A DNA stretch of 64,000 nucleotides, from assembly GCF_008831285.2 (NCBI RefSeq), contig NC_045138.2, forward strand, positions 36,394,001 through 36,458,000, written 5' to 3'. The stretch comes from Nymphaea colorata. Its lineage: Eukaryota. Positions 13,935-27,862 of the stretch are shown here, piece by piece (position 1 is the first letter of the stretch; the number at the start of each line of letters is the position of its first letter). The translations under genes and the position numbers were made by a program. The notes below the pieces were generated by a model, which worked only from the letters and a program-made list of their open reading frames with translations, did not search any database and was not told where the DNA came from.

Positions 13935-14532
13935 CACGTGCCACCGGTCCTCTCGTTGGGTGTCATGCAACCAACCAACGAGCATTCATGGACGTCCTTA
14001 CGAAGATGGTGACCCGTCTGTACGTACTTGTCAAGCCATTCCATCAGGACCATATGAAATGACGGTGTTTCAATTCGTCGATTCATCGGTGAATCGCCAA
14101 AAAATTGACCACATTTTTTTTAATACATGTAAGAATGAGAAATAAGATAAAGTGCTCACTCCCTGAAATGAAATCGTCTTGCCGCTGATCCCACTCACAA
14201 ATTATTAATATAATGGCCGTTACAGGACTCAATCAGCGAATGTTCACGAGGATATATTATACATATATTCGCTTATGCGTAATCTCAGTGAGAATGTCAA
14301 TTGACAGGAAACACAAGTCGCAGTTTTTTATGAAATCCTACTTAGCTAATCTGGTAACGGTTGGATCGAATTTGCGTGTGATTCGGCTTTAGCAAATTTG
14401 ATCACTTAATCGTACTTCCTCTTAGTGGAGATAGACATAGATTTGTAATTTGTAATTCAAAGATTGAACTATAATCTGACTAAGTAGCTTGCCATGGTAG
14501 GCAAATGACAACAAGAGAAGTGGTCTATAAAT
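13935..14532 (+). promoter_or_regulatory. Putative promoter of CYP75A copy A
   Basis: G-box CACGTG at 13935-13940, AC-type MYB element AACCAACCAAC at ~13969-13979, and TATAAAT at 14526-14532, about 80 nt before the ATG. Motif match only. Confidence 0.45.
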
Positions 14533-14610
14533 GCAACCCTCCACATCCACCAGCTTCATGCTATGTCTATTTACAATTGAGAGATCAAAGACAGGGCGCG
14601 AGAGAGAGTG

Positions 14611-17093
14611 ATGGGTGCTCTGCTAGCGTCTTCCACATCTCTCTCCCTTCGCGACGTAATCGCAGGAATAGTCCTCTTCCTGGTAACCCGCCTCTTTCTC
14701 TCCTACCTCCTCCGGGCGGTATCCGGCCGCCGGCCATTGCCTCCGGGACCGAAGGGTTGGCCCTTCATAGGTTGCCTGCCATTACTGGGACGCATGCCCC
14801 ATGTCTCCCTTTTCGAGCTGGCCAAGGTGTACGGCCCCGTCATGTACCTGAAGCTGGGCACCAGCGCCATGGTCGTGGCCTCCAGCCCCGCTGCCGCCAA
14901 GGCTTTCCTCAAGACCCTCGACACCACCTTCACCAACAGGCCTCCCAACGCCGGCGCCACCCACATGGCGTACAACGCGGAGGACCTCGTCTTCGCCGAC
15001 TACGGGCCCAGGTGGAAGCTGCTGCGCAAGCTGAGCAACCTCCACATGCTCGGCGGCAAGGCCCTCGACGACTGGGCCGCAGTGCGGCGGGCGGAGATGG
15101 TGCACATGTTCAGGACGGTGCAGGACCACGCCCGCCGGGGGGAGGCGGTGGACGTGCCGGAGCTGCTGTCTTACGGGATCGCGAACATGATGGGGATGGT
15201 GATGCTGAGCAAGAGGGTGTTCGAGAGCGGTGGGAGCGAGTCGAGCGAGTTTAAAGTCATGGTGGTGGAGCTGATGACGTTGGCGGGGCTGTTCAACGTG
15301 GGGGATTTCATCCCCTCCATCGCGTGGATGGACCTGCAGGGTATCGAGGGCGCCATGAAGAGGGTGCACCTTAAGTGGGACGCCCTGATCAGGAGGATGA
15401 TAGAGGAGCACGAGGCCACGCGAGAAGAGAGAAAGGGAAAGCCCGACATGCTCGACGCCGTGATGCAGTATCGAACGGACAATGAAGTCAAAGGTACCAA
15501 CATCTACTTGCTGTAGTTCAACCTTCAAATCAATAAGTCTTTGACATGTATACTGTGTTTTTTTGTTGAAGGTGGTGGCGACGGTGAGAAGCTCACGATG
15601 ACCAACATCAAGGCATTATTGCTGGTAAATAGCAAGCCAGCCGTGCTCTCCGTCTGCAAAAGATAGGCAATAGCTACATCTTTAAATGCCTGCACTCTCC
15701 TGCTACCCCTAGTTGCAGGTTCGAACATGTTGAAGTATGGAAAGAGAAGATATATCAGCATGTTCGGGTACTGCTTGCTGTGGTTGCAGAAGGTTAAACT
15801 GAGTAGTAAAAATGAGGGAGCACGATAATATAACAATTGTTATCATGAGACGCATTCAATAACGTCAAGCTTTGGTAGTAAAAATCATATTTGTAGCAGA
15901 CCATTTGGGCCTTGGTAGAAGAAATCATAGACCACATGAGTAAGGAACAAAAAACGAGACCCACTAAAATTAATTATTAAAGTTTTTTTTTTTTTTGCAA
16001 TCTTATCTTATATATATGGTCTTAAAATTGTGATTTCATGAAAAATATATATTAGGTTATAATCTTACCTTAGTCATTTTCTTTCTTTGATAATGTTTTT
16101 TAATAATAAAAGAAATGAACTTCTCTTATAGCAACCAAATTTTAACAGTAGAAAGATCAATCCTTTTATGATTTACATAAAATTAGTGTTTATTAAAGGT
16201 TTACATTTTGTTAAGACATTTCTTAACATAAATTTAAGAGATCTGATTTTTGTTCCCTACGGAGGTCGTTTCGTATTTATCAATCTGTCACCTAGATTAG
16301 AGATAATGGTGACGGTGGAACACCACGTAATGGGTGGGTGGGTGGAAGAGTCAGAGCATTTTTTATTTCAATTTAATGTTTCGTAAATAAGGGTGTGAGC
16401 AGTCAAACGGCACCGACATTGTGGTCGAAGTTGTTGAACGTCGGCTTTTTTGAATTGCTGTTGCAGAACCTGTTCGCGGCAGGGACGGACACATCTTCCA
16501 GCATAATAGAGTGGGCGATGGCTGAGTTGCTCTACAGTCCGGCGATCCTCAGGCGAGCTCAGGCGGAAATGGACAGCGTGATCGGCAGGGAGAGGAGACT
16601 GGAGGAATCGGACATACGCCGGCTCCCCTACTTCCAGGCCATATGCAAGGAGACCTTCAGAAAGCACCCTTCCACCCCTCTGAACCTACCCCGCGTGGCC
16701 ACCCAGCCCTGTGAGGTGAACGGCTTCTACATCCCCAAGAACACTAGGCTCATGGTCAACATTTGGGGCATGGGCAGGGACCCCAACGTTTGGGACAAGC
16801 CTCTTGAGTTCAACCCGGACCGGTTCTTGACCCCGGAACTGAGCAAGATCGAGCCCCGTGGAAACGACTTCGAGCTCATCCCCTTCGGCGCGGGCCGGAG
16901 GATCTGTGCCGGCACCCGAATGGGAATCGTGATGGTGGAGTACATTCTGGGCTCACTCGTGCATGCCTTTGACTGGAAGATGCCGGACGGCGGGAAGGTC
17001 GACATGGCGGAGACCTTCGGAATTGCGCTGCAGAAGGCGGTGCCGGTCAAAGCCATGGCGACGCCGAGGTTGGCTCCTCACGTCTACGCGTGA
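14611..17093 (+). CDS. CYP75A: Flavonoid 3',5'-hydroxylase (cytochrome P450 CYP75A), copy A, 520 aa
   Basis: Exons 14611-15493, 15572-15624 and 16467-17093 (1563 nt, GT-AG). Motifs: LPPGPKGWP hinge, [13 protein letters not shown] (CYP75A-type SRS1), AGTDTS, ETFR, heme motif [10 protein letters not shown], and SRS6 FGIALQK with Ala (F3'5'H type rather than the Thr of F3'H). Confidence 0.95.
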
Positions 17094-18179
17094 GATGGGC
17101 CAGCCACAGACAGTTTCCGGCTCGCCAAGGCTGCAGTGCCCATTTGTACTTTTAATCCGTTGCAGGTTGCAACCATGTAGGATTGGTTTGTTGCCTTATA
17201 ATTAGTTTCTTCTGCAGCTACTGTTACTATTTTGCTTGCGGTTTCTGATCTTTCTTTCAGCATATACAATAGTTATCTTCTTGTTGCTTATAATATTGTG
17301 CATCTGATCTTCTTAAGAAACAGGATTTCTATGCAGGAACACTATTTCGGGGATGCAGTTTCAAAACCAAGAATCAGAAATGGTTGCATCGTGACTTTGG
17401 GAAACAAAATTTTGTCAACGAATAGTCACATGCGGCCCACACTAGCTTTTTAATTTTTACATTGGCTATTTAATGTTTACTTTCAAACAAATATAGCTGC
17501 CTTTTCAGATATAAATGTTTATAAATAGGTGCATCTCCAACTGTTCTTTTTTTCTCTGGCTTCGCCACCGACTGCATGCTCGTACAGACTGATTTATGAT
17601 TTCCCAAAGCCGACTCATTGATTCGATTCAGAATCCGGTAGGGGGTGGAAGAATTAGTTGCTGTAGTATAGAATTATAACTAGTGATGGGACGCATCTTT
17701 CTCCCACTTCTTTGCATGATTGTTGACAGTATGAGTGACTGATGCTGCTGGAAATTATTGCTGTTGGAATTTATTGCATGCTGGAGTCTTCATTATGAAG
17801 TGGGTAGCTAAAAATATATCAGAAGTACGTACGTGGCTTTTTTTGGCACTGGCAAAACGAAATTGATGTGCCCAGCCTGCCGGCCACAAAAAAAGCATCT
17901 CGAGCTGGCTCGATAGGTTATGGGGCCCGCTTGGGTTGGTTCGACGGAATTTGATTCGTTTGATATGTTTTTATAATATTATTTTTTATAATAATATATA
18001 TTTTGTTACTATTAATTATATTTTTTTATTATTTTTATATTTTAAATATATTTTTTTATTTTTAACCGACGAGACGTGTTTGGGCTCGGGTTGCAGGTAT
18101 TGGGTCGGACTTGGGCTAAAGTTTGGCCCCATGCCCATGCTTAATCGTGATTTGTAATTTAAAAGAAAAAACTAAATAG

Positions 18180-18215
<36 letters not shown>

Positions 18216-19148
18216 GAATACTAACAACTTACGTATCAATGTTCATTCAATTTCTGATGCGTATTTAAACACAAGTTTAAAAAACTTAACGGTGAAAAAC
18301 CTTATCTGCACGCAACAGAAATTGCTAACGTTTTTTAAGAGTATTTCACATACAATTTCTTTTTTACTCGTCAAATCCATGAAGATTTACAACTCAACCT
18401 TCTAATGGATGCAGATTTCTCTAGTCCATTTTGTGCTCATCAAATTTGCTTTCTCCTGAATCTCTGTAATAGGATTCAGTCCAGCTTCAGACTCAGATTT
18501 AAGAAATGACATTCGATTATATTTGGATTCGAATATACAAAAATATCTTGTCAGATTCAAATTGGATTTAGCTTTGAAAAAATATCATTTGTTGAAACAC
18601 CCTTACATTTTGAACATCGGCCAGATTCAGTTCAAAATTGATTCTGAAATCAGATGTAATAGGACTTTTCTTCATTCATATTCAAATCCAAACTTGTAAG
18701 ATACATCATCAACTTTAAAGAATTGCTTCATCTACCTGGCACGTGCTTCAGCCCCCTCTTCTTAACGAACATGGTTAAGACCGGGGGTTGAGACCAGACA
18801 TCTTTCTTTTGTCATATTCATGTTTTTTTTTTTTTCAACTTTTGATTCTTGTCGAACATGTTTAAGACCGGCCGTTGGAACAGACATCTTTCTTTGTCTT
18901 TTTTCATGTTTTTTTGAAACTTTTGGAAGAGAATCATAAGTCCTTTTTCAAAATCTTTCCTGTGTTATATCTGTGGTATGTTTAAATGTTATCAAGAATT
19001 TAAAAATTTGTCATTAAAAAACACATTAAATTAACATCCGTCGGCCCTGATCTGTATATGATGCGGCAATAGTTTATAGTGCATTGACGATCATTTCTGC
19101 TACATTTAGTGACTAATTCTTAACCATCCCACACGCAACACCATTTAT

Positions 19149-19172
19149 TCTCTCTCTCTCTCTCTCTCTCTC

Positions 19173-19225
<53 letters not shown>
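19149..19225. repeat. (CT)n(AT)n compound microsatellite heading a ~250-bp block repeated at 20724-21005
   Basis: Both copies continue with TTCACGA.CTACC.TTGATGTCCTT ... TATCGTGACAGG ... GGAAAAGAA.GAC. Confidence 0.8.
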
Positions 19226-19228
<3 letters not shown>

Positions 19229-20547
19229 CAATCATATTTGTGCTTCACGAGCTACCGTTGATGTCCTTGCTGTGGACATTAGTATCGTGACAGGTATAAT
19301 TCATTTAGTCATTCCTTTGAACACTGAAATACCTCCTAATTGAGCTATTGATACTGCAGCAACACCACGGGAGCACGGAAAAGAACGACAGCTTTGTTTG
19401 TTCCATCGTTTGCGTCTTACTAGCTAAAGAAGAATAATATTGCTGTGTAACCTGCAATAATAACAATAATTAAAAAGCCACTTAAGCAAAGATAACCCCA
19501 ACATGAGTATCAGAAATCGACATTGTTGTTAGGTTTCTATGAACCCGAACAGATTCAAAGCAACATGGTTCTGTGCCGATGTTACCATTTGTAGTCACAT
19601 AAGATCATCAACTGTTAAGAATTGCTTCATCTCCGAGCAAATCCTTCCCAACTTTTCGTATCACTATTTGCAACGTAAATTTATGACTGTAATGTCTGAC
19701 ATCACTGGAAATTCGGATATAATATGCACCGCCTGGTACTCAAAGAATTATTGCATAGGAGTGTAATGACTAGAATACCTCCTCTTGACAGCCCTGCTGG
19801 AAGGTGGGCCGCGGCTTCATCTGCCTTTTTCTTATCGAACATGTCTGAGAGTGGGGATTGGACCAGACAGCTTTCTTTTGGTTTATTTTCTTGAACTTTC
19901 GATTTTTCTGAAACGCGCTCTGAAAATGTGAAGCTAACCCGTGGTGCGTTGGATAGCAGGCTATTTGCCTTTGATAAGCTTCAACAGTTTGTAACTAGTA
20001 TGGAGAACAGATGTGTGCTGTGATAGAGAATAAGAGAGAAACTGCTGATCATCTGTTGTTGGAATTTGAACAAGTAAATCCAGCGTGGAAGTCAGAGGCA
20101 CATAGGCTTAATGTGACGTTAAACTCAAAAAGAAATCTATGAGAGGAACGATGGAATGGTGGTGGTGTTGCAGATTTCCATCACTCGGGATAAAGAAGTG
20201 TTGGGGAATGCCATTCCCAGCTGTTGTATGGCCAGGGAATTCAAAAAGTAGCTTGAGTGGGACAGTCGAACAAAAGTGATCAGCTTATGTCTGGTGTTAA
20301 GAGTTAGAAGGTTTGGAAAATGGGATGGTGACGACTTTGTTAGTTTTATGTTGAACAGGAGACTTTGGGGCCATCTGCTTTGTGGGTGGAATGAAGGAGC
20401 CTGTGGTATACAACAGAATAATCTTACCTGACTGTAATCCAAGCAAGGGATGTGATTGAATTTTTAAATCAGTATAGGGCTACTAATATTGACGTAGGGT
20501 GATAATTTTGTTATGTCTGATTCCACTAGCCTGAACTGTAGGCCATC

Positions 20548-20688
20548 GTGGAATGTTCGTCTTGTTCATTTGTTTGATGTCTCTCTCATTTCTAGTGGAA
20601 TGTTCGTCTTGTTCATTTGTTTGATGTCTCTCTCATTTCTAGTGGAATGTTCGTCTTGTTCATTTCTTTGATGTCTCTCTCATTTCTA
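20548..20688. repeat. Tandem repeat, 3 x 47 bp
   Basis: Unit GTGGAATGTTCGTCTTGTTCATTTGTTTGATGTCTCTCTCATTTCTA starts at 20548, 20595 and 20642 (one substitution in the third). Confidence 0.95.
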
Positions 20689-20720
20689 ATTTTTAACCAT
20701 ACCACACACAACACCATTGA

Positions 20721-20798
<78 letters not shown>

Positions 20799-21710
20799 GT
20801 TACTAACCAATAATTTCTACTATGGTTGCCATTCACGAACTACCATTGATGTCCTTCCTCAATATGGACATCGGTGGCGCTACTATCGTATCGTGACAGG
20901 AATAATGTTTTGTTTACTCGTGCCTTTGAAGACTAAAATACTTCCTAATCTATCTACTGATACTACAGTAACATCATGGGTACATGGAAAAGAAAGACGT
21001 TTTTGTTTCTTCCATATTTACATTTACTCTTGTATGTGGCCCAACTTTTTTGTTAGAGATAGCATCTGAGGAGCTGTTCATGCAATACATTTTATATTTA
21101 TGGTTTATAGTTGTGACTTGGTAAGTTTCAGTACTTTGGTTTCTTCAAAAAGTAGGTCTGGTGGAAGCGATGGATACTGTTAGAGAAAAGTGAAAAACAA
21201 CAGCTCCTGGGACACTGTTGCAAAAACTTACCACCTTAGTAGGAAAACGAGTTGCATGCGCCGTTGTGCACGCAACTTACATAGGCCTTAAAGGAGGGGG
21301 TCGTGGTATTTTGGTGATTTTTAAAAAAAATGTCTTATATAGTCTTTTTAATTTTTTTAAAATTTTTGCCTTCATCTTTGAACAAAAGGTGACTAAGGAC
21401 CATCATTTTGGCCCTTTTCTCCTTTCTTTTCCCCCAAAATCTGGTCTCTCCATCTTCCCGATCGGAAGAATACGTCGTTGAATATATATATATATATATA
21501 TATATGAACACCAATATCTTTTCAGAAATTCAAAGGAAAACGGATCTCCATTTTCCACACTAGGTTATTTTGATATTTCGTTGGATTAGGATATTTCTGT
21601 GTTCGGCCTCACATGATCCTCCCCCACAGTAGAGTTTGGAAATGTCTACTGCTTGTCATGGACGCCATTGTTTATCTACTCGTACTCATGGAACGACTAA
21701 ACCCACACAG

Positions 21711-24201
21711 TCAAGCATAGGCTTGAGGAGCCAGCCTCGGCGTCGCCACGGCTTTGACCGGCACCGCCTTCTGCAGCGCAAGTCCGAAGGTCTCCGCCAT
21801 GTCGACCCTCTCGCCGTCCGGCATCTTCCACTCAAAGGCATGCACGAGTGATCCCAGAATGTACTCGACCATCAGGATTCCCATTCGGGTGCCGGCACAG
21901 ATCCTCCGGCCCGCACCGAAGGGGATGAGCTCGAAGTCGTTTCCACGGGGCTCGATCTTGCTCAGCTCCGGGGTCAAGAACCGGTCCGGGTAGAACTCAA
22001 GAGGCTTGTCCCAAACGTTTGGGTCCCTGCCCATGCCCCAAATGTTGACCATGAGCCTAGTGTTCTTGGGGATGTAAAAGCCGTCGACCTCACAGGGCTG
22101 GGTGGCCACGCGAGGTAGGTTCAGAGGGGTGGAAGGGTGCTTTCTGAAGGTCTCCTTGCATATGGCTTGGAAGTAGGGGAGCCGGCGTATGTCCGATTCC
22201 TCCAGTCTCCTCTCCCTGCCGATCACGCTATCCATTTCCGCCTGAGCTCGCCTGAGGATCGCCGGATTATAGAGCAACTCAGCCATCGCCCACTCTATTA
22301 TGCTGGAAGATGTGTCCGTCCCTGCCGCGAACAGGTTCTGCAACAGCAATTCAAAAAAGCCGACGTTCAACAACTTCGACCACAATGTCGGTGTCGTTTG
22401 ACTGCTCACACCCTTATTTACGAAACATTAAATTGAAATAAAAAATGCTCTGACTCTTCCACCCACCCACCCATTACGTGGTGTTCCACCGTCACCATTA
22501 TCTTAAATCTAGGTGATAGATTGATAAATACGAAACCACCTCCGTAGGGACAAAAATCAGATCTCTTAAATTTATGTTAAAAAATGTCTTAACAAAATGT
22601 AAACCTTTAATAAACACTAATTTTATGTAAATCATGTTTTAGTTAAAGGGATTGATCTTTCTACTGTTAAAATTTGGTTGCTATAAGAGAAGTTCATTTC
22701 TTTTATTATTAAAAAACATTATCAAAGAAAGAAAATGACTAAGGTAAGATTATAACCTAATATATATTTTTCATGAAATCACAATTTTAAGACCATATAT
22801 ATAAGATAAGATTGCAAAAAAAAAAAAACTTTAATAATTAATTTTAGTGGGTCTCGTTTTTTGTTCCTTACTCATGTGGTCTATGATTTCTTCTACCAAG
22901 GCCCAAATGGTCTGCTACAAATATGATTTTTACTACCAAAGCTTGACGTTATTGAATGCGTCTCATGATAACAATTGTTATATTATCGTGCTCCCTCATT
23001 TTTACTACTCAGTTTAACCTTCTGCAACCACAGCAAGCAGTACCCGAACATGCTGATATATCTTCTCTTTCCATACTTCAACATGTTCGAACCTGCAACT
23101 AGGGGGTAGCAGGAGAGTGCAGGCATTTAAAGATGTAGCTATTGCCTATCTTTTGCAGACGGAGAGCACGGCTGGCTTGCTATTTACCAGCAATAATGCC
23201 TTGATGTTGGTCATCGTGAGCTTCTCACCGTCGCCACCACCTTCAACAAAAAAACACAGTATACATGTCAAAGACTTATTGATTTGAAGGTTGAACTACA
23301 GCAAGTAGATGTTGGTACCTTTGACTTCATTGTCCGTTCGATACTGCATCACGGCGTCGAGCATGTCGGGCTTTCCCTTTCTCTCTTCTCGCGTGGCCTC
23401 GTGCTCCTCTATCATCCTCCTGATCAGGGCGTCCCACTTAAGGTGCACCCTCTTCATGGCGCCCTCGATACCCTGCAGGTCCATCCACGCGATGGAGGGG
23501 ATGAAATCCCCCACGTTGAACAGCCCCGCCAACGTCATCAGCTCCACCACCATGACTTTAAACTCGCTCGACTCGCTCCCACCGCTCTCGAACACCCTCT
23601 TGCTCAGCATCACCATCCCCATCATGTTCGCGATCCCGTAAGACAGCATTTCCGGCACGTCCACCGCCTCCCCCCGGCGGGCGTGGTCCTGCACCGTCCT
23701 GAACATGTGCACCATCTCCGCCCGCCGCACTGCCGCCCAGTCGTCGAGTGCCTTGCCGCCGAGCATGTGGAGGTTGCTCAGCTTTCGCAGCAGCTTCCAC
23801 CTGGGGCCGTAGTCGGCGAAGACGAGGTCCTCCGCGTTGTACGCCATGTGGGTGGCGCCGGCGTTGGGAGGTCTGTCGGTGAAGGTGGTGTCGAGGGTCT
23901 TGAGGAAAGCCTTGGCGGCAGCGGGGCTGGAGGCCACCACCATGGCGCTGGTGCCCAGCTTCAGGTACATGACTGGGCCGTACACCTTGGCCAGCTCGAA
24001 AAGGGAGACATGGGGCATGCGTCCCAGTAATGGCAGGCAACCTATGAAGGGCCAACCCTTCGGTCCAGGAGGCAATGGCCGGCGGCCGGATACCGCCCGG
24101 AGGAGGTAGGAGAGAAAGAGGCGGGTTACCAGGAAGAGGACTATTCCTGCGATTACGTCGCGAAGGGAGAGAGGTGTGGAAGACGCTAGCGGAGCACCCA
24201 T
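21711..24201 (-). CDS. CYP75A: Flavonoid 3',5'-hydroxylase CYP75A, copy B, 520 aa
   Basis: Exons 24201-23319, 23240-23188 and 22337-21711, with the same structure and motifs as copy A. Manual comparison gives 15 aa differences from A. Confidence 0.95.
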
Positions 24202-25099
24202 CTCTCTGTCGCTCTCCTCTGTGGGGCTTTGAATTAACGAGAGTGGGATGTCAAGTGGACTGAAATGTTAATGTATATAAACAACATGAAGAATTGGACG
24301 GCTGAGATGAGCATTCTGCAGAGATTTGCCGGTGAGCAACTGAGGGGATTGGGTCCGACGACTCCGACCTAACCCCCTGCTTCTTGCTTGTAGCTGGTGA
24401 CGACAGTCGTCACCTTCACGGCGCTCATAATTTAAACAGTAGCATTGAAAAGGTGGCTACCCAGAGTTGTTTATCTCATTCTTTTGACCCTTTTACTTGA
24501 ACAGTACCCTGTACGATCGGGCTCGCGCTGGATAAGTTTTTTTTAAAAAATTTGTTATGTTTTTTTATATGTTTTTATATAAATATATTCAACATATATA
24601 TTTAAAAAAAAAACACACACAAACCATACCGGCTCGATCTGATGCCCATTTCTATTCATCCCTCGTAATAGATGCCGTTGTCTCAACTTTTCATTTTTAC
24701 GGCACTTCAACTTTGTGGTGGATCGTCGATAGCCCCTCGTTTGTAGCAGAGAGACTTTCCCCTCAAAACATTAAAACAATACTGGTCATCTGCAACTTTC
24801 ACTTAATTCCATTGAACCAACTCCCTATTAATACTTGTCATCTACAAACCTTTACTTAATTCCATTTGGACCAACCCCCTTCTACATTATCATCATCTTT
24901 CCTCTCCAAAATACTCCAACTCCCTTTTTTCTTTATCACTTATCTATTGCCTTTGGTGCACACTTACTTTTGTATTATAATAGAATATATATAATATTAT
25001 ATATATATAATTTTAAGAAACTAGTGTGAACAGTTACTTGTAATGACCCACATATGACAAAGAAACTTTGAGAAACTGATGTGAACAGTTGCCTATACT

Positions 25100-25385
25100 G
25101 ACTCACTTTTGACTCCACCATATTTTTTAGAGAAGATACTTAGTATTGGGAAGATGTTACTATTCTATGAATTTTTCTTAAAAATATATTTTATCCTCAA
25201 TTAGGTGGCCAAGTGAGGTTCAAAAAACCCAAGTATGGCCAAGACCCAACTCGATGGCCTTGTTTCTGGCAACCTTTCCGTCCTCCTTTTTATGGCCATA
25301 ACATTTCAATTCAAGTGGAATCTTGTCAAAATTTAGTACACAACTGTGAAATGAAGCACACAAAATCTCAGCAGAGAAAAGCTTT
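25100..25385 (+). repeat. Dispersed ~250-bp repeat, four copies (also ~27060-27300, ~40560-40780, ~41520-41785)
   Basis: Shared GAAGATGTTACTATT ... GGCCAAGT.A.GTTCAAA ... GTCCTCCTTTT.ATGGCCATAAC ... CAACTGTGAAATGAA.C.CACAA ... GAAAGCTT. Confidence 0.8.
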
Positions 25386-27862
25386 TAAAAAATAATTGTA
25401 ATTTAATGTTACAATTTGGTTATGTTTTAATTTTTTTGTTATGTTTTTTATATATTTATATAAATATTTTTAACATATATATATTTTTAAAAATTTTAAA
25501 ACATAAACCAAAATGATTTGACCTGATGCCCATCCCTACTCATCCCCCAAAATACACATCTTTGTCTCAAGTTATCACTTTCACGGCGCTTCAACTTGCA
25601 AAGTTGGTGGCCCCTCATTTATGACATAAAGAATTTGCCCTCGACCCTAGTCATCTACCAACCATTACTTAATCCCCCAACCCCCTTCTAGATTCTTTCA
25701 TCTTGAAAATACTCCATCCCTCTCTTTTCTCCGGTGCTTATCAATTGCCTTTGGTGCACAATCACCTCCAGATTATAATCAAATATATATAATATTAAAT
25801 ATAAATTATCAAACTTAAATGGAACTCACTCGAGCCAGTCCAACAACTTATCATGTTGTTGAAAGGTTTAATTGAGCACTGTAACGGATGTCATTGAACC
25901 AAATGTTTAGTGTCTGAAAAAAAGAAAAGGAGAAGGATAAAATATCCCAACTTTTTTGTTTTTGTGTTTTCTGCCACAACTGTTCAACCTTTTGTATTGA
26001 CAGTGTGGTTGTGGGAATATTTTTTCTGGAAGAGAAGAGAAGAAAAACAAGAGCAAATAGCTGTCTTCCAAAGCTTTTGTTTCCATTGACAGCCACCTAA
26101 ACCACATGAATAAACAATCATGTACGTATATAAGGGAAGTGAGGACGGTAAAATCATAATTTTAAGAAGAGCCATGACCCACTCATACTTTGAAGATTTA
26201 AAGTTTACATGTGTAAATTTTTCAAAAAAAAATATGTCGGCCATTGTAGGAATTTTCGTACACCCTCTCATATTTTCAAAATTTAAAATTTCTCATGCGT
26301 AAGAAATTCTGAAAAAATATATTTGCCCCTTTCGACAGTTGGTCCCTCGAGAAATTTTAAACTACGTTGGTCGAGCTTGACTGTTGCCTACAGTTCAATT
26401 CTTCAAGTTGGTGCAATTTCTATGTATTACAAACAATGACAATACACAAAACATCCCTGGAATTAAAGGGTATACAATAAAACCACACACACAGGTCCTT
26501 AGGTGAAACCCTTCAAATGTATCGTACGCTTTGATCTCCCATCATGCAGGTGTTTGTTATTTTTATAATTAAAAAAATTGTTACAATATTAAAAAATAAA
26601 ATAAATGAAAACAACACAAAAACTACTACCAGCCATCGATCACATGGAAACACCACTGCAAATTCAGCTGATTAGTTAAATCGGGCCGGACAGCCAAGCC
26701 TGGTTAGGTTAGATTAAAATTTTATATATTTAATATAAAATAATATATTAAATATAATAAAATATTATCATTATATATAAAAAAACTATAAAATATATAT
26801 TAAAAATATTAACGAACTGAACCAGGCTTATCGAGCCCACCCGGCCGGCCTGAATAAGTTGACTCGTGCCTTACCCGAATCGAGCCAAATATAGGATACC
26901 CGCCAGCGGGCCCGTTCGGCGCAGTACCCAAACTTTTCATGAGTCAAAGCACCTGCAGTGGGCGGCGAACACTGCTGCATTTTTATTATACATCTTTTTA
27001 AGAAGCCTCATCCATTTCTCTTGGCTGCGTAACTCCGCGAACAGTTGAGTTGCATACTCTAGAAGATGTTACTATTCCATGAATTGTGTTAAAAAAATTG
27101 TCCTTTAAAAGTTTATCCTCAATTTGGCGGCCAAGTAAAGTTCAAAGAATCCACGCGCCGAGACGCCTTGTTTCTGGCCACCTTCACATGTCAGTCCTCC
27201 TTTTTATGATCATAACTTTTCAATTCAAGTTCAATCTTGTGAAAATTTAGTCCACAACAACTGTGAAATGAAACCCACAAAATCTCAAGAGAAAGCTTTG
27301 TGTGAGGAGGGCTTCGTGGAGGTGATATAGAGCAGCCCCGAGACCTCGGTCATTGTCTCATATCAATCCCCTTTTCAGAGGTTTGATTTGATGAAAACTC
27401 ACAGCAAATTAAACTAAACAGCCAACATGGCCCATCTTATCCCGACGGACATACCCCCGTGGAAAATGCCGGCATCATGGAGACACTGGAAACGCTGACG
27501 ACCGGCTTCGCGGCCCCCCTTATCTTGAAATAACATGCACCAGCTCTCGGTGAACCACGCGACTGTACAAGGGCATCGGCCGGTGCAGCTCATTTCCTGC
27601 AGGGCACGCCGGTTCACCGGCCAAGGCTGCGGCGTGCTGGGTACCACGCCCAGCAGAAAGCAAGCGGGATGATGGCAACGTGACGTTGAGTGCTTTCAAA
27701 ACGCCTTCAAAGCCAACGCATGCATGATTGACTAAAAAAAGTCCTTAAGCGAAGCTTTACGAGTGACAGACAACTCACAAAACTTGCTTTTTTTGCAAGT
27801 TCCCTAACGCTTCGCTTTGCACACAACTAGAAGACAGCAAGTGCAGACTAGGCTCTTGCAAA

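Noticed and set aside
14505..15528. Long alternative-frame and antisense ORFs (249 aa, 248 aa) over CYP75A exon 1, repeated in B and C
   Set aside because: These are shadow ORFs of a GC3-rich coding exon. Their recurrence only reflects the gene duplication.
16395..16466. ORF-track start [10 protein letters not shown].. of the 232-aa P450 ORFs
   Set aside because: This is intron sequence upstream of the CAG acceptor at 16466. The 302-aa and 232-aa ORFs are exons of one gene, not separate or broken genes.
19960..20520. Moderately GC-rich stretch that might be a transposon or gene fragment
   Set aside because: No diagnostic protein motif was recognised in the frames I read, so it cannot be supported without a search.
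20548..20688. 47-bp repeats as a CRISPR-like array
   Set aside because: The units are directly adjacent with no spacers, the context is eukaryotic and there are no cas genes.
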